Below, piece after piece: positions 39,254 to 49,817 of a stretch of 64,000 nt of DNA. The stretch's first letter is position 1. Each line of letters opens with the position of its first letter. The stretch comes from Hellea sp. (GTDB lineage: Bacteria; Pseudomonadota; Alphaproteobacteria; Caulobacterales; Maricaulaceae): NCBI GenBank assembly GCA_028224375.1, contig JAOIVW010000014.1:8767-72766 (forward strand), in the 5' to 3' direction. The notes under the pieces were generated by a model. The model saw only the letters and a list, made by a program, of their open reading frames with translations, was not told the DNA's origin and did no database searches. The translations under genes and the position numbers were made by a program.

Positions 39254-39336
39254 TTATGTTTCGTGACGTGCAGGCGAAAGAAGTGGGAATTCAGGAGCTC
39301 CTCTTCTGGACCATCGGAGTACAGCCTGCCTGATGA

Positions 39337-39807
39337 TTACAGGCCCTGAAGTCCTTCGACGCGTGTTTTTAGCTCCTGAGCCTGCACTTTAAATCCTTCG
39401 TCGATTTTTTGATAAGGGACAAAGCGGCTCATCCAACCTCCAAACGGCTCCCAGGTTTTATACAGGCTAGTAGCCCCTTCTCCTATAGGGTGGATTTCGT
39501 GATGCCGCTCAGATGTCAGCCAACCAAGCCGGGCGAGGCGGCTATCAAAGCGGTGCACCCAACGCGCAATGGGCCGGCCCCCATCTTGCGGCTCGACAAG
39601 GACAACGCGCATTCTGGGTTTCACAATTCGCTCTCCAAGCCTGACCTCCAATGGAATAGAGGTGTTCTCCGCTAGCAGATTTCCATCGACGGACAGAATG
39701 AAGCTGTTCCATTCAGGGTATTTTTCGCCATTGAGCAAAACGCTCCACACTTGCTCAGCTGTCGCGTTAATCTCAATCTCAGCAGATGGCGGATAAAAAG
39801 CAGACAT
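39337..39807 (-). CDS. SRPBCC/START-domain protein
   Basis: IEINATAEQVWSVL...YPEWNSF, C-terminal helix LKTRVE. Confidence 0.82.
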   Translation of the reverse strand: MSAFYPPSAEIEINATAEQVWSVLLNGEKYPEWNSFILSVDGNLLAENTSIPLEVRLGERIVKPRMRVVLVEPQDGGRPIARWVHRFDSRLARLGWLTSERHHEIHPIGEGATSLYKTWEPFGGWMSRFVPYQKIDEGFKVQAQELKTRVEGLQGL

Positions 39808-39819
39808 AGGCGCGCGGCG

Positions 39820-40893
39820 CTATTCAGCAGCTTCTACCCATGGGTCGCGTTTCGTTCCCTTTGTTATCCAATGGCCATTTGATTTGGCTTGGTGTTTTTT
39901 GATGTCCTTACGCGGATTATAAAACTGCTTGTACCAGAGGCGGGCTTTGCCGAAGGGGCCGTCGCCGACGACTTGCATAATCGACAGGCAGGGCGCTTTA
40001 TTCGCCCAGACATCAAAGTCTTGGAGCAGGGCCATTTTCGAGCCTTCTTGGAAGGCGGGAACGGCGGCTTTATCATCTTCATTCATAGGGAAGTTTGGCG
40101 GCTCTACCATCAGGCCGTGCCAAGCGCGCACTTGACCATCCTCAATCGGCGTATGGCAAATCATCATCAGCGAGCTGTAATACCCATTCATGCGCGAGAG
40201 CAGAAGACCCGGCCCTGTATACCATGTGTCATTGGTCATAACATCGTCAGAGAGGGTGCGGTGACCTGCGGCGAGGAGTTGGCGGATGACGTGGTCATCG
40301 CAAGTGCTCTCAAAGAGCTCCATATCCGTTGAACCATGAATGGGGCCTAGATGCGCCTTATCTGTCATATTGTCGATAATTTCTTGCGGGTGACAGTCGA
40401 GCGTTCCGAGGTGATCGACTTTCCAATTGACCCATTTCTCATCGTCCCATTCGGGAAGGGGGTGGGGCTGAAAATCAGGTTCGCCTTCTTCTTCGTCATG
40501 CCACATGAGAATAAGCCCGCCCCATTCTTGTACGGGATAGCTGCGAATTTTGGCCGCCTTTGGAATAGGCGCTGGCGAGTAAGGAATTTCATTACACATG
40601 CCATCAGGGCCGAATTTCCACGCATGGTAAGGACAGCGAATATCGTCGCCTTCAACTTGCTTGCCGTCCATGACGATATAGGAGCTCTCATTTTTGGCGA
40701 GATGCGTTTTCATGTGCGGACAATAGGCGTCCATCACCACAACGCGGCCAGAGGCCCCGCGATACATAATCAGGTCGCGCCCGAAATAGCGCAGCGGAAT
40801 GGGTTTATTTGTCGCCTCAGAGCTTTCCCCGACCATGAACCATCCTCTTGGATAGGTGAATTCGCCAATGCCATATTCTGCTGTGGTTGCCAT
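39820..40893 (-). CDS. kshA: Rieske oxygenase, 3-ketosteroid 9alpha-hydroxylase oxygenase subunit-like
   Basis: YPRGWF, CPHM...CPYH, EIIDNMTDKAHLGPIH, QDFDVWANK, DGPF...WYKQFY. Confidence 0.72.
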   Translation of the reverse strand: MATTAEYGIGEFTYPRGWFMVGESSEATNKPIPLRYFGRDLIMYRGASGRVVVMDAYCPHMKTHLAKNESSYIVMDGKQVEGDDIRCPYHAWKFGPDGMCNEIPYSPAPIPKAAKIRSYPVQEWGGLILMWHDEEEGEPDFQPHPLPEWDDEKWVNWKVDHLGTLDCHPQEIIDNMTDKAHLGPIHGSTDMELFESTCDDHVIRQLLAAGHRTLSDDVMTNDTWYTGPGLLLSRMNGYYSSLMMICHTPIEDGQVRAWHGLMVEPPNFPMNEDDKAAVPAFQEGSKMALLQDFDVWANKAPCLSIMQVVGDGPFGKARLWYKQFYNPRKDIKKHQAKSNGHWITKGTKRDPWVEAAE

Positions 40894-40917
40894 AATAATC
40901 TCCGTCTTCGTCTTATA

Positions 40918-42159
40918 TCACGCCGCTGATGCGCGAATAGTATTTAATTTAGGCGCGTGTCCTTTATGCCCGCCTTGCTCGACACAGGCCGTGCCGCCGG
41001 GCGTATACATAAGGGTCACACATTGATTGCAAGCTGTGCAGCCTGAGTTTTTTATGCTGCCGTTTTGCAAGCTATTGATGAGGTTCGGATCAAAAATAAG
41101 CGCGCGGCCTAATCCGATAGCTTCAAAGCCTTGCCCCATCACAGTGTTCACATTGTCCATCGTCTGAGCGCCGCCCAGATAACAGAGCGGCATGTTCACG
41201 GCGGCACGGATTTGCTGCGCAGGGTCTAGCGAGTAAAGCTGCTTAAACTCTTTATCGGGTTCTTTGCTTTTGGGCTGCAGCATCATACCAACCCGTACAA
41301 TCAGGCTTTTCGGTTTCACCGATGATTTGGGCAAAGGATTGCCAAACATTGTATCAATAGACTCAACATTAAGCCCGTTTGAGAGCTGAGCCATATGCGC
41401 GCCAGTGCTTTGCAGAATTTTGGCAATTTCAATGCCTTCGGTGACGGTGTTGCCGCCAGCTTTGCCATCTGTTTGGCTGTACTTCACCGTCACTGCCATG
41501 TCCTTACCAACAGCATCGAGAACTTTGGAAAGAACTTCCGCCGGGAATGTCATGCGGTTTTGGATGCTTCCGCCATATTCATCTGTGCGGTTATTGTAGA
41601 AGGGCGTGATAAATTGGGCGAGCAGATAGCCATGGCCCATATGGATTTCAACGGCGTCAAAGCCAGACTCTTTGGCATGTAGCGCAGCCTGAACGAATTC
41701 ATCGGTTATGGCATCCATATCGCTGCGGTCCATTTTCTTCTTCATATACCGCCCGGTCATCACGCCAAATTTGTTAAACCCGCCATTGGCCGAAATGGGT
41801 TTCATGGAAGAAAAGTCTTTGGGCAGAAATGTAAACGCGCCTGCATGGGTGATTTGCGCCTGCGCCGCCGCGCCGTGTTTATGCACGCCGTCAGTTAGCA
41901 CTTTAAAATCGGCAACTGTATCTGCGGAGAGATGGGCTTGGTCGACAAAGGTTTGGCCATCTTTGGACGTTGCGCAATAGGCGACCGTTGTCATCGCCGC
42001 GCCGCCCTCGGCCATGCGTTCATGAAATTGGGCGAGGCCTTGAGAGATAAGGCCGCCTTTGCACATGCCCTCATTGGTCGCCGCTTTTATAAATCGGTTG
42101 CGCAACGTCAACGGACCTATAGTCAGAGGCGTAAAGGCTTTTGAAGCAGTAGCGTTCAT
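40918..42159 (-). CDS. Old yellow enzyme family NADH:flavin oxidoreductase
   Basis: LRNRFIKAAT, EIHMGHGYLL.QF, RTDEYGGS.QNR, C-terminal CTACNQC. Confidence 0.9.
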   Translation of the reverse strand: MNATASKAFTPLTIGPLTLRNRFIKAATNEGMCKGGLISQGLAQFHERMAEGGAAMTTVAYCATSKDGQTFVDQAHLSADTVADFKVLTDGVHKHGAAAQAQITHAGAFTFLPKDFSSMKPISANGGFNKFGVMTGRYMKKKMDRSDMDAITDEFVQAALHAKESGFDAVEIHMGHGYLLAQFITPFYNNRTDEYGGSIQNRMTFPAEVLSKVLDAVGKDMAVTVKYSQTDGKAGGNTVTEGIEIAKILQSTGAHMAQLSNGLNVESIDTMFGNPLPKSSVKPKSLIVRVGMMLQPKSKEPDKEFKQLYSLDPAQQIRAAVNMPLCYLGGAQTMDNVNTVMGQGFEAIGLGRALIFDPNLINSLQNGSIKNSGCTACNQCVTLMYTPGGTACVEQGGHKGHAPKLNTIRASAA

Positions 42160-42172
42160 AAAATCTATATAA

Positions 42173-42278
42173 ATCTGACTGCGAAAAAAATCACGCTAAA
42201 AATGATGAAAATGCGTGAATTATCTGTAGTTTTGCTCTAATTGCGTAGCAATAGCAGGAAAATACTACGCATTAGGGG
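42173..42278. promoter_or_regulatory. Operator array D (4 boxes) in divergent promoter
   Basis: ATCTGACTGCGAA (42173), ATGAAAATGCGTG (42205), CTCTAATTGCGTA (42235), TACGCATTAGGGG (42266). Confidence 0.8.
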
Positions 42279-42292
42279 AAATCAAGCTGTCC

Positions 42293-43594
42293 ATGTCCGA
42301 AACCCACGACCCAACACCCAATAGCCGCAAATATGCGTGGTTCGTTCTGGTAATGATGGTGCTGCTGTATCTGGTGAATGTCGCCGATAGATATGTTGCC
42401 TCAGGATTGCTCGAGGAAATCAAGAAAACCTTTGAGGTCTCTGATACATTTATGGGCTTTCTGGTCGGGCCAGCTTTTGCCGTTGTTTATACGCTGCTGG
42501 CCATTCCCATCGCGCGTTTCGCAGATAGAAGTAATCGTGTTCGGATTATTGTTGCAGGCGCCATCATATGGAGCGGTTTTACAGTGCTCTCTGGTTTTGC
42601 GCAGACGCCTTGGACATTTGCATTTGCAAGGCTTGGTGTGGGTGTAGGCGAAGCCGCATTTTTAGCGCCAGCTTTTTCGTTATTATCTGATTATTTCGCG
42701 CCCAAAAAACGCGCACTCGCTTTCGCTATTTTAAACTTCGGGGTTTATTTTGGGCAAATATTTGGCCTCGTCGGCGGAGCCGCTATTGCCGAAGCCTCTC
42801 ATTGGCGGACAGCGTTTATCTCGCTTGGCGCGCCTGGCGTGCTGCTCGGCCTTTTGACATTGGTTCTGGTGAAGGAACCAAAACGCGGACGGCTAGACCC
42901 TGTTTCCAATATTCCGTCACATGAAAATAATTTCTCATTTCTCGTGACATTTAAAACATTATGGGCACGACGCAGTTTTCGTTTTATGACAATCGGCACC
43001 GCTCTCGGCGGATTTTCGAGTTACGGCTTTGGTATTTGGGCCCCGACGCTTTTCGCGCGGGCATTTGATTTATCTCTAACAGAAGCGAATGCGAGATATG
43101 GCGGGCCGTCATTTATAGCGGGCATTATTGGCGCATTGGTTCTCGGTGTTTTATGTGACCGCTTGACGGCCAAGGATGCGAGGTGGCCGTTCCGTCTCTC
43201 CGCTTTTGGCCTCATTGGTTTTTTCGTGTCGATGTTCATTCTCTGCTTTGTTGACAACGTGAATATTGCGACATTGCTGACTTTGCCAGCCGGACTTATG
43301 GCGGGTGGATGGGTGATTGCTATGCAAGCCGCGCTTCAAGATTTGCTACCAGCAAAGGCCCGCGCCACGGGTACGGCGCTATGGGGGTTCGCATTGACAT
43401 TTACAGGGCTGGCTTTGGGCGTTTGGTTTGTGGGTAAGCTCAATGATATTTTTACAGCTCAATATGGGGATCAAGCCATTCGCTACGCTCTGGCCATAAC
43501 TTTGTTGGCGGCCATCCCGAGTATGATATGTATTCTGATGGCAGGACGGACCGCTGAGACAGATCGCGAGATTTTAGCAAAAGCCTTGGGTTAA
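42293..43594 (+). CDS. MFS transporter (spinster-like)
   Basis: NVADR, ARFADRSNR, RLGVGVGEA, about 12 hydrophobic segments. Confidence 0.9.
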   Translation: MSETHDPTPNSRKYAWFVLVMMVLLYLVNVADRYVASGLLEEIKKTFEVSDTFMGFLVGPAFAVVYTLLAIPIARFADRSNRVRIIVAGAIIWSGFTVLSGFAQTPWTFAFARLGVGVGEAAFLAPAFSLLSDYFAPKKRALAFAILNFGVYFGQIFGLVGGAAIAEASHWRTAFISLGAPGVLLGLLTLVLVKEPKRGRLDPVSNIPSHENNFSFLVTFKTLWARRSFRFMTIGTALGGFSSYGFGIWAPTLFARAFDLSLTEANARYGGPSFIAGIIGALVLGVLCDRLTAKDARWPFRLSAFGLIGFFVSMFILCFVDNVNIATLLTLPAGLMAGGWVIAMQAALQDLLPAKARATGTALWGFALTFTGLALGVWFVGKLNDIFTAQYGDQAIRYALAITLLAAIPSMICILMAGRTAETDREILAKALG

Positions 43595-44412
43595 AAACAG
43601 TAGCTCCCGCCATTGGCGACAAGAACAGACCCCGTTACAAAGCTCGCATCATCTGAGAGCAAATAAGCCACAGCGCCTGCAACTTCGCTGGGTTCTGCCA
43701 TGCGGCCTAGCGGGACTGATTGCTCCATAGAGGTTATCCATTCCTGCGGTAGGCCTGTCATGATGGGGGTGTTTGTGGGGCCGGGGGCAACTGCATTTAC
43801 GCGAATGCCGCGCGGGGCGAGCTCGCGCGAGAGCTGGCGTGTGAGGCCGATAAGCGCGGATTTACTCGTCACATAATGCGGGGAGCCTTCGCCCGATTGC
43901 GCAGAGGTTGAGCTGATATTGACGATAGACCCCGCATTGCCGTCTTCAGCCATGATGCGCACAGCTTCGCGGCAGACATAGAAAGCGCCGTTTAGATTGA
44001 CCGCCATGACGCCCGCCCAGCCTTCATCCTCCATATGGATGAGGTGATCGACAAAGGTGCTGGATGCGCCGTCTTTGGCGAGCTCTTCATTTCGCTGGTT
44101 CATTGCGCCGTAAAATTTATCCGACCCGTCGCCTTTGGCTTGGCCGATACCTGCGCAATTTACCGCAAAATCCAAACGCCCAAATGTTTTGCGAGTTTCG
44201 CGCACAGCTTTGATGACGTCTTTACTCTCGCCGACATTACATTTCAGCGCGAGGTGGTCACCGCTTAAGCTGTCGATGACGGATTGCGCATTGTCTTGGT
44301 TGAGGTCGAGCGCGGCGACACGTGCGCCTTCTGCCGCTAGCTTCTCAACTATAGCCGCGCCAATGCCTTGGCCTGCGCCTGTCACCACTGCTGTTTTACC
44401 TGAAAGTCTCAT
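43591..44412 (-). CDS. SDR oxidoreductase
   Basis: TGAGQGIG, NCAG, YVTSK, VNAVAPG. Confidence 0.9.
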   Translation of the reverse strand: MRLSGKTAVVTGAGQGIGAAIVEKLAAEGARVAALDLNQDNAQSVIDSLSGDHLALKCNVGESKDVIKAVRETRKTFGRLDFAVNCAGIGQAKGDGSDKFYGAMNQRNEELAKDGASSTFVDHLIHMEDEGWAGVMAVNLNGAFYVCREAVRIMAEDGNAGSIVNISSTSAQSGEGSPHYVTSKSALIGLTRQLSRELAPRGIRVNAVAPGPTNTPIMTGLPQEWITSMEQSVPLGRMAEPSEVAGAVAYLLSDDASFVTGSVLVANGGSYCF

Positions 44413-44421
44413 GCTTTTTTC

Positions 44422-45186
44422 CTAACCGGGGACATAGAGTTCATTGGCCTTGCCGCCATCAACGGGAATGCTTGCCCCTGTCACATAAGATGACGCGTCG
44501 GAGGCGAGAAATAGCACGACATTAGCCACTTCTTCAGGGGTTCCGATACGGCCCATTGGGTTTGCGCTTGCTATAGCAGCGCCAGCCTCTGGATCATGAT
44601 CAAACCAAGCCTTTGTTGCAGGTGTCATGATAGGACCGGGCGTGACAGCATTGACGCGTATGCCTTGGCGCGCGCCTTCCATAGCGGCGTTACGCGTGAA
44701 ATGGCTGAGGGCGGCTTTGGATGCCCCGTAAGCGGACATGCCTTGCATGGCACGGTCTCCATTAACGGAGCTGATATTGATGATGCTCCCGCCTTTATCG
44801 CCCATAGCCGTCATGGCGGCGCGGGTGCCCATATAAGGCGCGTCCACATTTACGCGGAAGTTTTGCTGAAAGCCCTCAAGATCGGTATCGGCAATCATCC
44901 CTATACCAACATGGGCGGCATTATTGACGAGGATGTCCAGACCTTTGTCTTTGGCGACATTGGAGATCATATCCGCATAGCTTTGCGCGTCTGAGACGTC
45001 CAATATTTGACCTTCGCAGGCGCCTCCTTCAGAGGTTATAGCCTCGACCGTAGCCGTGATTTTATCTTCATTACGGGCGCAGATGACGACGTGAGCGCCT
45101 TCGCTAGCCAGCTTTTGCGCAATGGCGCGGCCAATGCCGTCACTCCCGCCGCTGACAATAGCCGTTTTACCTGATAAACTGCCCAT
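44422..45186 (-). CDS. SDR oxidoreductase
   Basis: SGGSDGIG, NNAA, YGASK, VNAVTPG; start at 45186 or 45201. Confidence 0.9.
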   Translation of the reverse strand: MGSLSGKTAIVSGGSDGIGRAIAQKLASEGAHVVICARNEDKITATVEAITSEGGACEGQILDVSDAQSYADMISNVAKDKGLDILVNNAAHVGIGMIADTDLEGFQQNFRVNVDAPYMGTRAAMTAMGDKGGSIINISSVNGDRAMQGMSAYGASKAALSHFTRNAAMEGARQGIRVNAVTPGPIMTPATKAWFDHDPEAGAAIASANPMGRIGTPEEVANVVLFLASDASSYVTGASIPVDGGKANELYVPG

Positions 45187-45217
45187 ATCACATTTCCCCA
45201 TTTTTCTTATTATCTAA

Positions 45218-45293
45218 ATCAGAATGCGTAGAAAATAAACCAATAAAATACGCAATACGCCCCTATAAGCGTGTTGATAATCAATAATGCGTA
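45218..45293. promoter_or_regulatory. Operator array E (3 boxes) in divergent promoter
   Basis: ATCAGAATGCGTA (45218), TACGCAATACGCC (45249), TCAATAATGCGTA (45281). Confidence 0.85.
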
Positions 45294-45300
45294 ATATAGG

Positions 45301-47034
45301 TTGGCTTTAAGTGATGAATTGAAACGCTTTATGAAACAATCCGACCCCAATATCACGGCCCTCACGGCCCCCGGCGCACCTTTTGAAGTCGTGAACGCAT
45401 CTGTTCTGGGGCACGACATGCGAGTCTTTAAAAACGCGCCTGAAAATCTGGCGGATATATTTCAAGACGCCCGACATCATGGAGAGGCTGAGTTTGTGAC
45501 TTTGGGCGAGACGCGCCTGACATTTAATGCATTTTTTGATCAAGCGGACCGCTTATCTGGGTGGCTACAAAATAGGGCGAATATTTCGCCTGGGCAATCT
45601 GTGGCGATTTGCATGAAAAATTGTCTTGAATGGATGGCGGCCTTCGTCGCCATTTCAAATATTGGCGCAGTCCCGGTGTCTGTAAATAGTCGGGGTGAAG
45701 GGGCTGTTATGTCTCACGCCGTTGATGATGCAGATAGCGTCTTTGTGATAGCTGATGCCAAGCGGCTCCGCGCCTTACGTGAGGCGGGGTGTGACCTACC
45801 CGCGATTTGTGTTGGTGATGAAAGTGATGAGGCGCCGCTAGGCGTTACCTCATATGCTGACGTCATGACATCAACACCCGATTACAAATCTATCGCTCGG
45901 AAAACCGATGACCCAGCGGCGATGTTCTTTACCTCGGGCACAACAGGGCGGGCAAAAGCAGCGGTGATGACGCACCGAAATATTATTACGGGGCTTTTAA
46001 CGACGCAAATGGCGATTGCTTCCATTTCTATGACAATGGCCGAGCAATATGGGATGACCGTCGAGGCGCTAAAAGCGCATATGCCGCAACGTTGCTCCGC
46101 GATGGTTTTTCCACTCTTTCATGTCAGCGGCTGTATATCGACATTTCTTTCGTCGCTGGCCTCGGGGGGTAAGCTTGTGATGATGAACCGCTGGAATGCT
46201 GACGAGGCTTTGCGCTTAATCGAAGCTGAAAAAATCAGTAGTTTTGGGGGTGTGCCCACCATGCATTGGGATTTAGTCAAAGCTGCAAAAAATACGAAGC
46301 GCGATTTAAGTTCTCTTCGCGCCCTATCTTGTGGCGGCCAGGCGCTGCCTTTGGGGTTGCTTGCCGAAATTCGCGAGACATTCCCGAATGTTATTATTGG
46401 GGCAGGCTATGGTATGACAGAGGCAAGCGGTGCTGTTTCGCAAGCCACAGGTGAGGGCATCACATCTCGCCCTAAAGCCTCGGGCCAGAAGTTAGCCATG
46501 ATTGATATTAAGGTTACTGATGATGAAGGGCAAGACTTGCCCGAGGGCGAAATTGGAGAATTTTGGGTGCGAGGCCCCACGGTGATTAAAGAATATCACC
46601 GCCGACCAGAGGCTAATGCCAAAGCCTTTAAAGAGGGTTGGTATAGGACGGGCGATATTGGCAAGCTTGACTCTGATGGTTATTTGACTGTGGTAGACCG
46701 CAAAACGGATATGGTCATTTCAGGCGGCGAGAATATTTACTGTGCTGAGGTTGAGCAGGCATTGGGGCGTCACCCCGCTGTGCGTCAGGTTACAACATTT
46801 GGTGTGCCTGATGATCGATTAGGCGAACGCCTCGTGGCAGGGTTTGTTATCGACGGACAGGTCACGCCCGATGAATTGATGGCCTATGCGAAAGATAATC
46901 TCGCAGCCTATAAAGTCCCAACAGATATCATCCTTCAAGCCAACTCTTTTGCGCTTAATGCTATGGGTAAGGTTGAAAAACATAAGGTTCGCGCGGCCTA
47001 TCTGGCGCGTAAAGAGAAAGAGCAGGCCGCATAA
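45301..47034 (+). CDS. Long-chain acyl-CoA synthetase
   Basis: FTSGTTGRAK, GYGMTE, RTGD, ISGGENIY. Confidence 0.93.
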   Translation: MALSDELKRFMKQSDPNITALTAPGAPFEVVNASVLGHDMRVFKNAPENLADIFQDARHHGEAEFVTLGETRLTFNAFFDQADRLSGWLQNRANISPGQSVAICMKNCLEWMAAFVAISNIGAVPVSVNSRGEGAVMSHAVDDADSVFVIADAKRLRALREAGCDLPAICVGDESDEAPLGVTSYADVMTSTPDYKSIARKTDDPAAMFFTSGTTGRAKAAVMTHRNIITGLLTTQMAIASISMTMAEQYGMTVEALKAHMPQRCSAMVFPLFHVSGCISTFLSSLASGGKLVMMNRWNADEALRLIEAEKISSFGGVPTMHWDLVKAAKNTKRDLSSLRALSCGGQALPLGLLAEIRETFPNVIIGAGYGMTEASGAVSQATGEGITSRPKASGQKLAMIDIKVTDDEGQDLPEGEIGEFWVRGPTVIKEYHRRPEANAKAFKEGWYRTGDIGKLDSDGYLTVVDRKTDMVISGGENIYCAEVEQALGRHPAVRQVTTFGVPDDRLGERLVAGFVIDGQVTPDELMAYAKDNLAAYKVPTDIILQANSFALNAMGKVEKHKVRAAYLARKEKEQAA

Positions 47035-47915
47035 TGGGCTATCCCAAAGATATCAAAATCATCGATACGATGCTGGGTATCCCGACCCACGCAGATAGGT
47101 CTGGATGGTATGACAGTTTTCGCCCACTGCTAAATGATCAGCAAAGTCGCGACATGTTCAAAATGCCTGCGCAATATATGTTCAAAGATATTCCCGAAGC
47201 GTCTTCGGATGTATCTGATTTTGTTGGCTGGACTGTTGAGCAGATGGATAAGCACAATATCGAGATGGCGATGGTCGGCTTTAATGAAGACGAGACTTCG
47301 CGGCAGGCGGCAAAAGATTATCCAAATCGCTTCCTCTTTGACGTCCCCTGTAACCCGAATAACGGAATGGATGAAGTGCGGCGCGTAAAACGTCTCCATG
47401 CAGATTATGGGGTTAAGTCGGTTTCTGTTTTTCCAGCGGGCACATGCCCGCAAGTCGCGATAAATGATGCCCGCATGTATCCACTTTATGCCTGCTGTGT
47501 AGAGCTTGATATTCCGATTGTGCTTAATGTTGGCGTTCCGGGGCCGCGCATTCCGATGCACACACAAAAGGTCGAGCATTTAGATGAGGTCTGCTGGTTC
47601 TTCCCGGAGCTTAAAGTCGTCATGCGCCACGGCGCTGAACCTTGGGAAGACCTAGCCGTAAAGCTGATGATTAAATATCCGAATCTCTATTATTCGACTT
47701 CCGCCTTTGCGCCTAAGCATTATCCCAAAGCGATTATTGATTACGCCAATACGCGCGGTGCGGATAAGATTATCTATGCAGGTTATTTCCCGATGGGGCT
47801 GAGTCTCGACCGCATCTTCAAGGATATGGAAAACGTCCCGTTCAAAGATGAGGTCTGGCCGAAATTCCTGCGCGAAAATGCAATCAAAGTCTTTAATTTG
47901 GGAGAGAACGCATGA
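47034..47915 (+). CDS. Amidohydrolase_2 family protein
   Basis: YPLYACCVELDIP, FPELKVVMRHG, NLYYSTSA. Confidence 0.85.
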   Translation: MGYPKDIKIIDTMLGIPTHADRSGWYDSFRPLLNDQQSRDMFKMPAQYMFKDIPEASSDVSDFVGWTVEQMDKHNIEMAMVGFNEDETSRQAAKDYPNRFLFDVPCNPNNGMDEVRRVKRLHADYGVKSVSVFPAGTCPQVAINDARMYPLYACCVELDIPIVLNVGVPGPRIPMHTQKVEHLDEVCWFFPELKVVMRHGAEPWEDLAVKLMIKYPNLYYSTSAFAPKHYPKAIIDYANTRGADKIIYAGYFPMGLSLDRIFKDMENVPFKDEVWPKFLRENAIKVFNLGENA

Positions 47916-49024
47916 GCTCCAATACAACATCCCACGTTGCCGTTTGGGAGCAGCTTAAAGGCCTAAAAGGCGATGAGCTTGCGGCGTGGCGCATGAACCC
48001 CGTTGAAAACCGCGCGACGGTAAAAGAGCGCAATCTCGATGCGCTGCCATTGCCTTTCGGGTGGTTCATGGTGGCCTATTCAGACGAACTCGCAAAAGGT
48101 GAGGTCAAACCGCTTTATTACTTTGGCAAAGACCTTGTTTTGTGGCGCGGAGAAGACGGAACAGCCCGCGTTGTCGATGCTTATTGCAAACATCTTGGCG
48201 CGCATATGGGCTATGGCGGGCGCGTTAAAGGGAACTCGCTTGAATGCCCATTTCATGCTTGGGAATATAATGGCGAAGGGGCTGTTGTGGCTGTGCCTTA
48301 CGCTAAAAAAGTTCCGCCATCCGCCGCGCGTCCTTGCGAGGCGCAGTGGAGAGTGGTCGAAAGTAATAAGCAAATTCTTGTCTGGTATCATCCCTTTAAC
48401 GAAGCGCCAAAATGGCAGCCCGAAAGCTTTGACCAAGTTCATGACCCGGACTGGACAGAGTACCAAAAATACGAATGGATCGTGCATGGCCCCGTTCAGA
48501 ATATGGCAGAGAATGGCGTCGATGCGGCACATTTTAAATATATTCACGGGACGGATAGCTTTCCTGACTATGACTTTGAATTTGACGGCCATGTCCGAAA
48601 GGCCAGTGTGGAAGCCAAAATGCCAACCCCCAAAGGCGTTGTTGATGGCACGATTGCTTACGGCACAGTCGGGGCGGGGCAAAGCTGGACAAAGTTTTCA
48701 GGCATATCAGAGACATTGATGGTCGCGGGCATTACGCCCATCGACCAAGAACGCACACATATTCGCTTCGCTTTCACCCAGCCTAAATCAGAGGCAGAAG
48801 GGCCAATGGCGAACCTTGCCAAAGCCATGCGCCGCGAAATTTGCAAGCAGCTCGATCAAGATAAAGTTGTTTGGGATCGCCAGAAATATATGCCCAAACC
48901 GAGCATTTGTGATGGGGACGGGCCTATCCTGCCGTTCCGAAAATTCTTTGCGCAATTTTACGCCGAATGGGGTGATGACGCGAAGAAGATTACGAAGCTT
49001 AAGATAGATAAAAAGGCGGGGTAA
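47912..49024 (+). CDS. Rieske oxygenase (KshA/Neverland-like)
   Basis: PFGWF, CKHLGAHM...CPFH, ENGVDAAHFKYIH, QDKVVW...DGPI...FFAQFY. Confidence 0.88.
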   Translation: MSSNTTSHVAVWEQLKGLKGDELAAWRMNPVENRATVKERNLDALPLPFGWFMVAYSDELAKGEVKPLYYFGKDLVLWRGEDGTARVVDAYCKHLGAHMGYGGRVKGNSLECPFHAWEYNGEGAVVAVPYAKKVPPSAARPCEAQWRVVESNKQILVWYHPFNEAPKWQPESFDQVHDPDWTEYQKYEWIVHGPVQNMAENGVDAAHFKYIHGTDSFPDYDFEFDGHVRKASVEAKMPTPKGVVDGTIAYGTVGAGQSWTKFSGISETLMVAGITPIDQERTHIRFAFTQPKSEAEGPMANLAKAMRREICKQLDQDKVVWDRQKYMPKPSICDGDGPILPFRKFFAQFYAEWGDDAKKITKLKIDKKAG

Positions 49025-49792
49025 TTGGCCGCAATCGAGATATCGCATGACGGGCCGATAACCCGTATTCTGCTGAACCGACCGGCGCAGATGAACGCCA
49101 TTACCACCAAGATGCATAATCTCTTGGACACAGCCTTTGATGATTTTGCAGCCGACGAGACGCAGCACATAGCGGTTATTTCTGGCGCGGGTGAGCGCGC
49201 CTTTTGCGCGGGCAGTGATTTAAAGGACGGCATTGGAAAGCATTATCCGCGCGGGGGCTATGCGGGACTGATCGAACGCTTTGATTTAGCCAAGCCCGTC
49301 ATTGCCGCCGTAGATGGTTTTGCATTGGGCGGCGGATTTGAACTGGCTCTGGCGTGTGATCTTATTATAGCCTCAGATCGCTCCAGTTTCGCTTTGCCTG
49401 AGCCGTTAGTCGGCGCTGTGGCTTTGGGCGGAGGGCTTCATCGCTTACCGCGCCAAATTGGATTAAAGCAGGCCATGGGCCTTATCCTGACATCGCGCCG
49501 TGTTAGCGCGCAAGAGGGTTACCGCATGGGTTTTGTCAATGAAGTTGTCGCAGCTGAGGCATTAGACGAAACAGTCGCGGCCTATTGCGAAGATATTTTA
49601 AAGGGCGCTCCAATAGCTCTGCAGGCCTCTAAAATGACGGTTCAAAGAGGCCTGACCGAGGGTAGCCTCGAAGCCGCTATGAAAGCGCAAGAAAGCTATC
49701 CAGAATTCACAAAATGGCGCAATAGCGAAGATGCCATGGAAGGTATCAAAGCCTTCACGGAAAAAAGAAAACCCATTTGGGCAGGAAAATAA
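49025..49792 (+). CDS. Enoyl-CoA hydratase (CaiD-like crotonase)
   Basis: NRPAQMNA, FCAGSDL, GFALGGGFE, LPEP. Confidence 0.9.
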   Translation: MAAIEISHDGPITRILLNRPAQMNAITTKMHNLLDTAFDDFAADETQHIAVISGAGERAFCAGSDLKDGIGKHYPRGGYAGLIERFDLAKPVIAAVDGFALGGGFELALACDLIIASDRSSFALPEPLVGAVALGGGLHRLPRQIGLKQAMGLILTSRRVSAQEGYRMGFVNEVVAAEALDETVAAYCEDILKGAPIALQASKMTVQRGLTEGSLEAAMKAQESYPEFTKWRNSEDAMEGIKAFTEKRKPIWAGK

Positions 49793-49817
49793 TCAGGGAC
49801 TTAATAAGGGGAAGATT

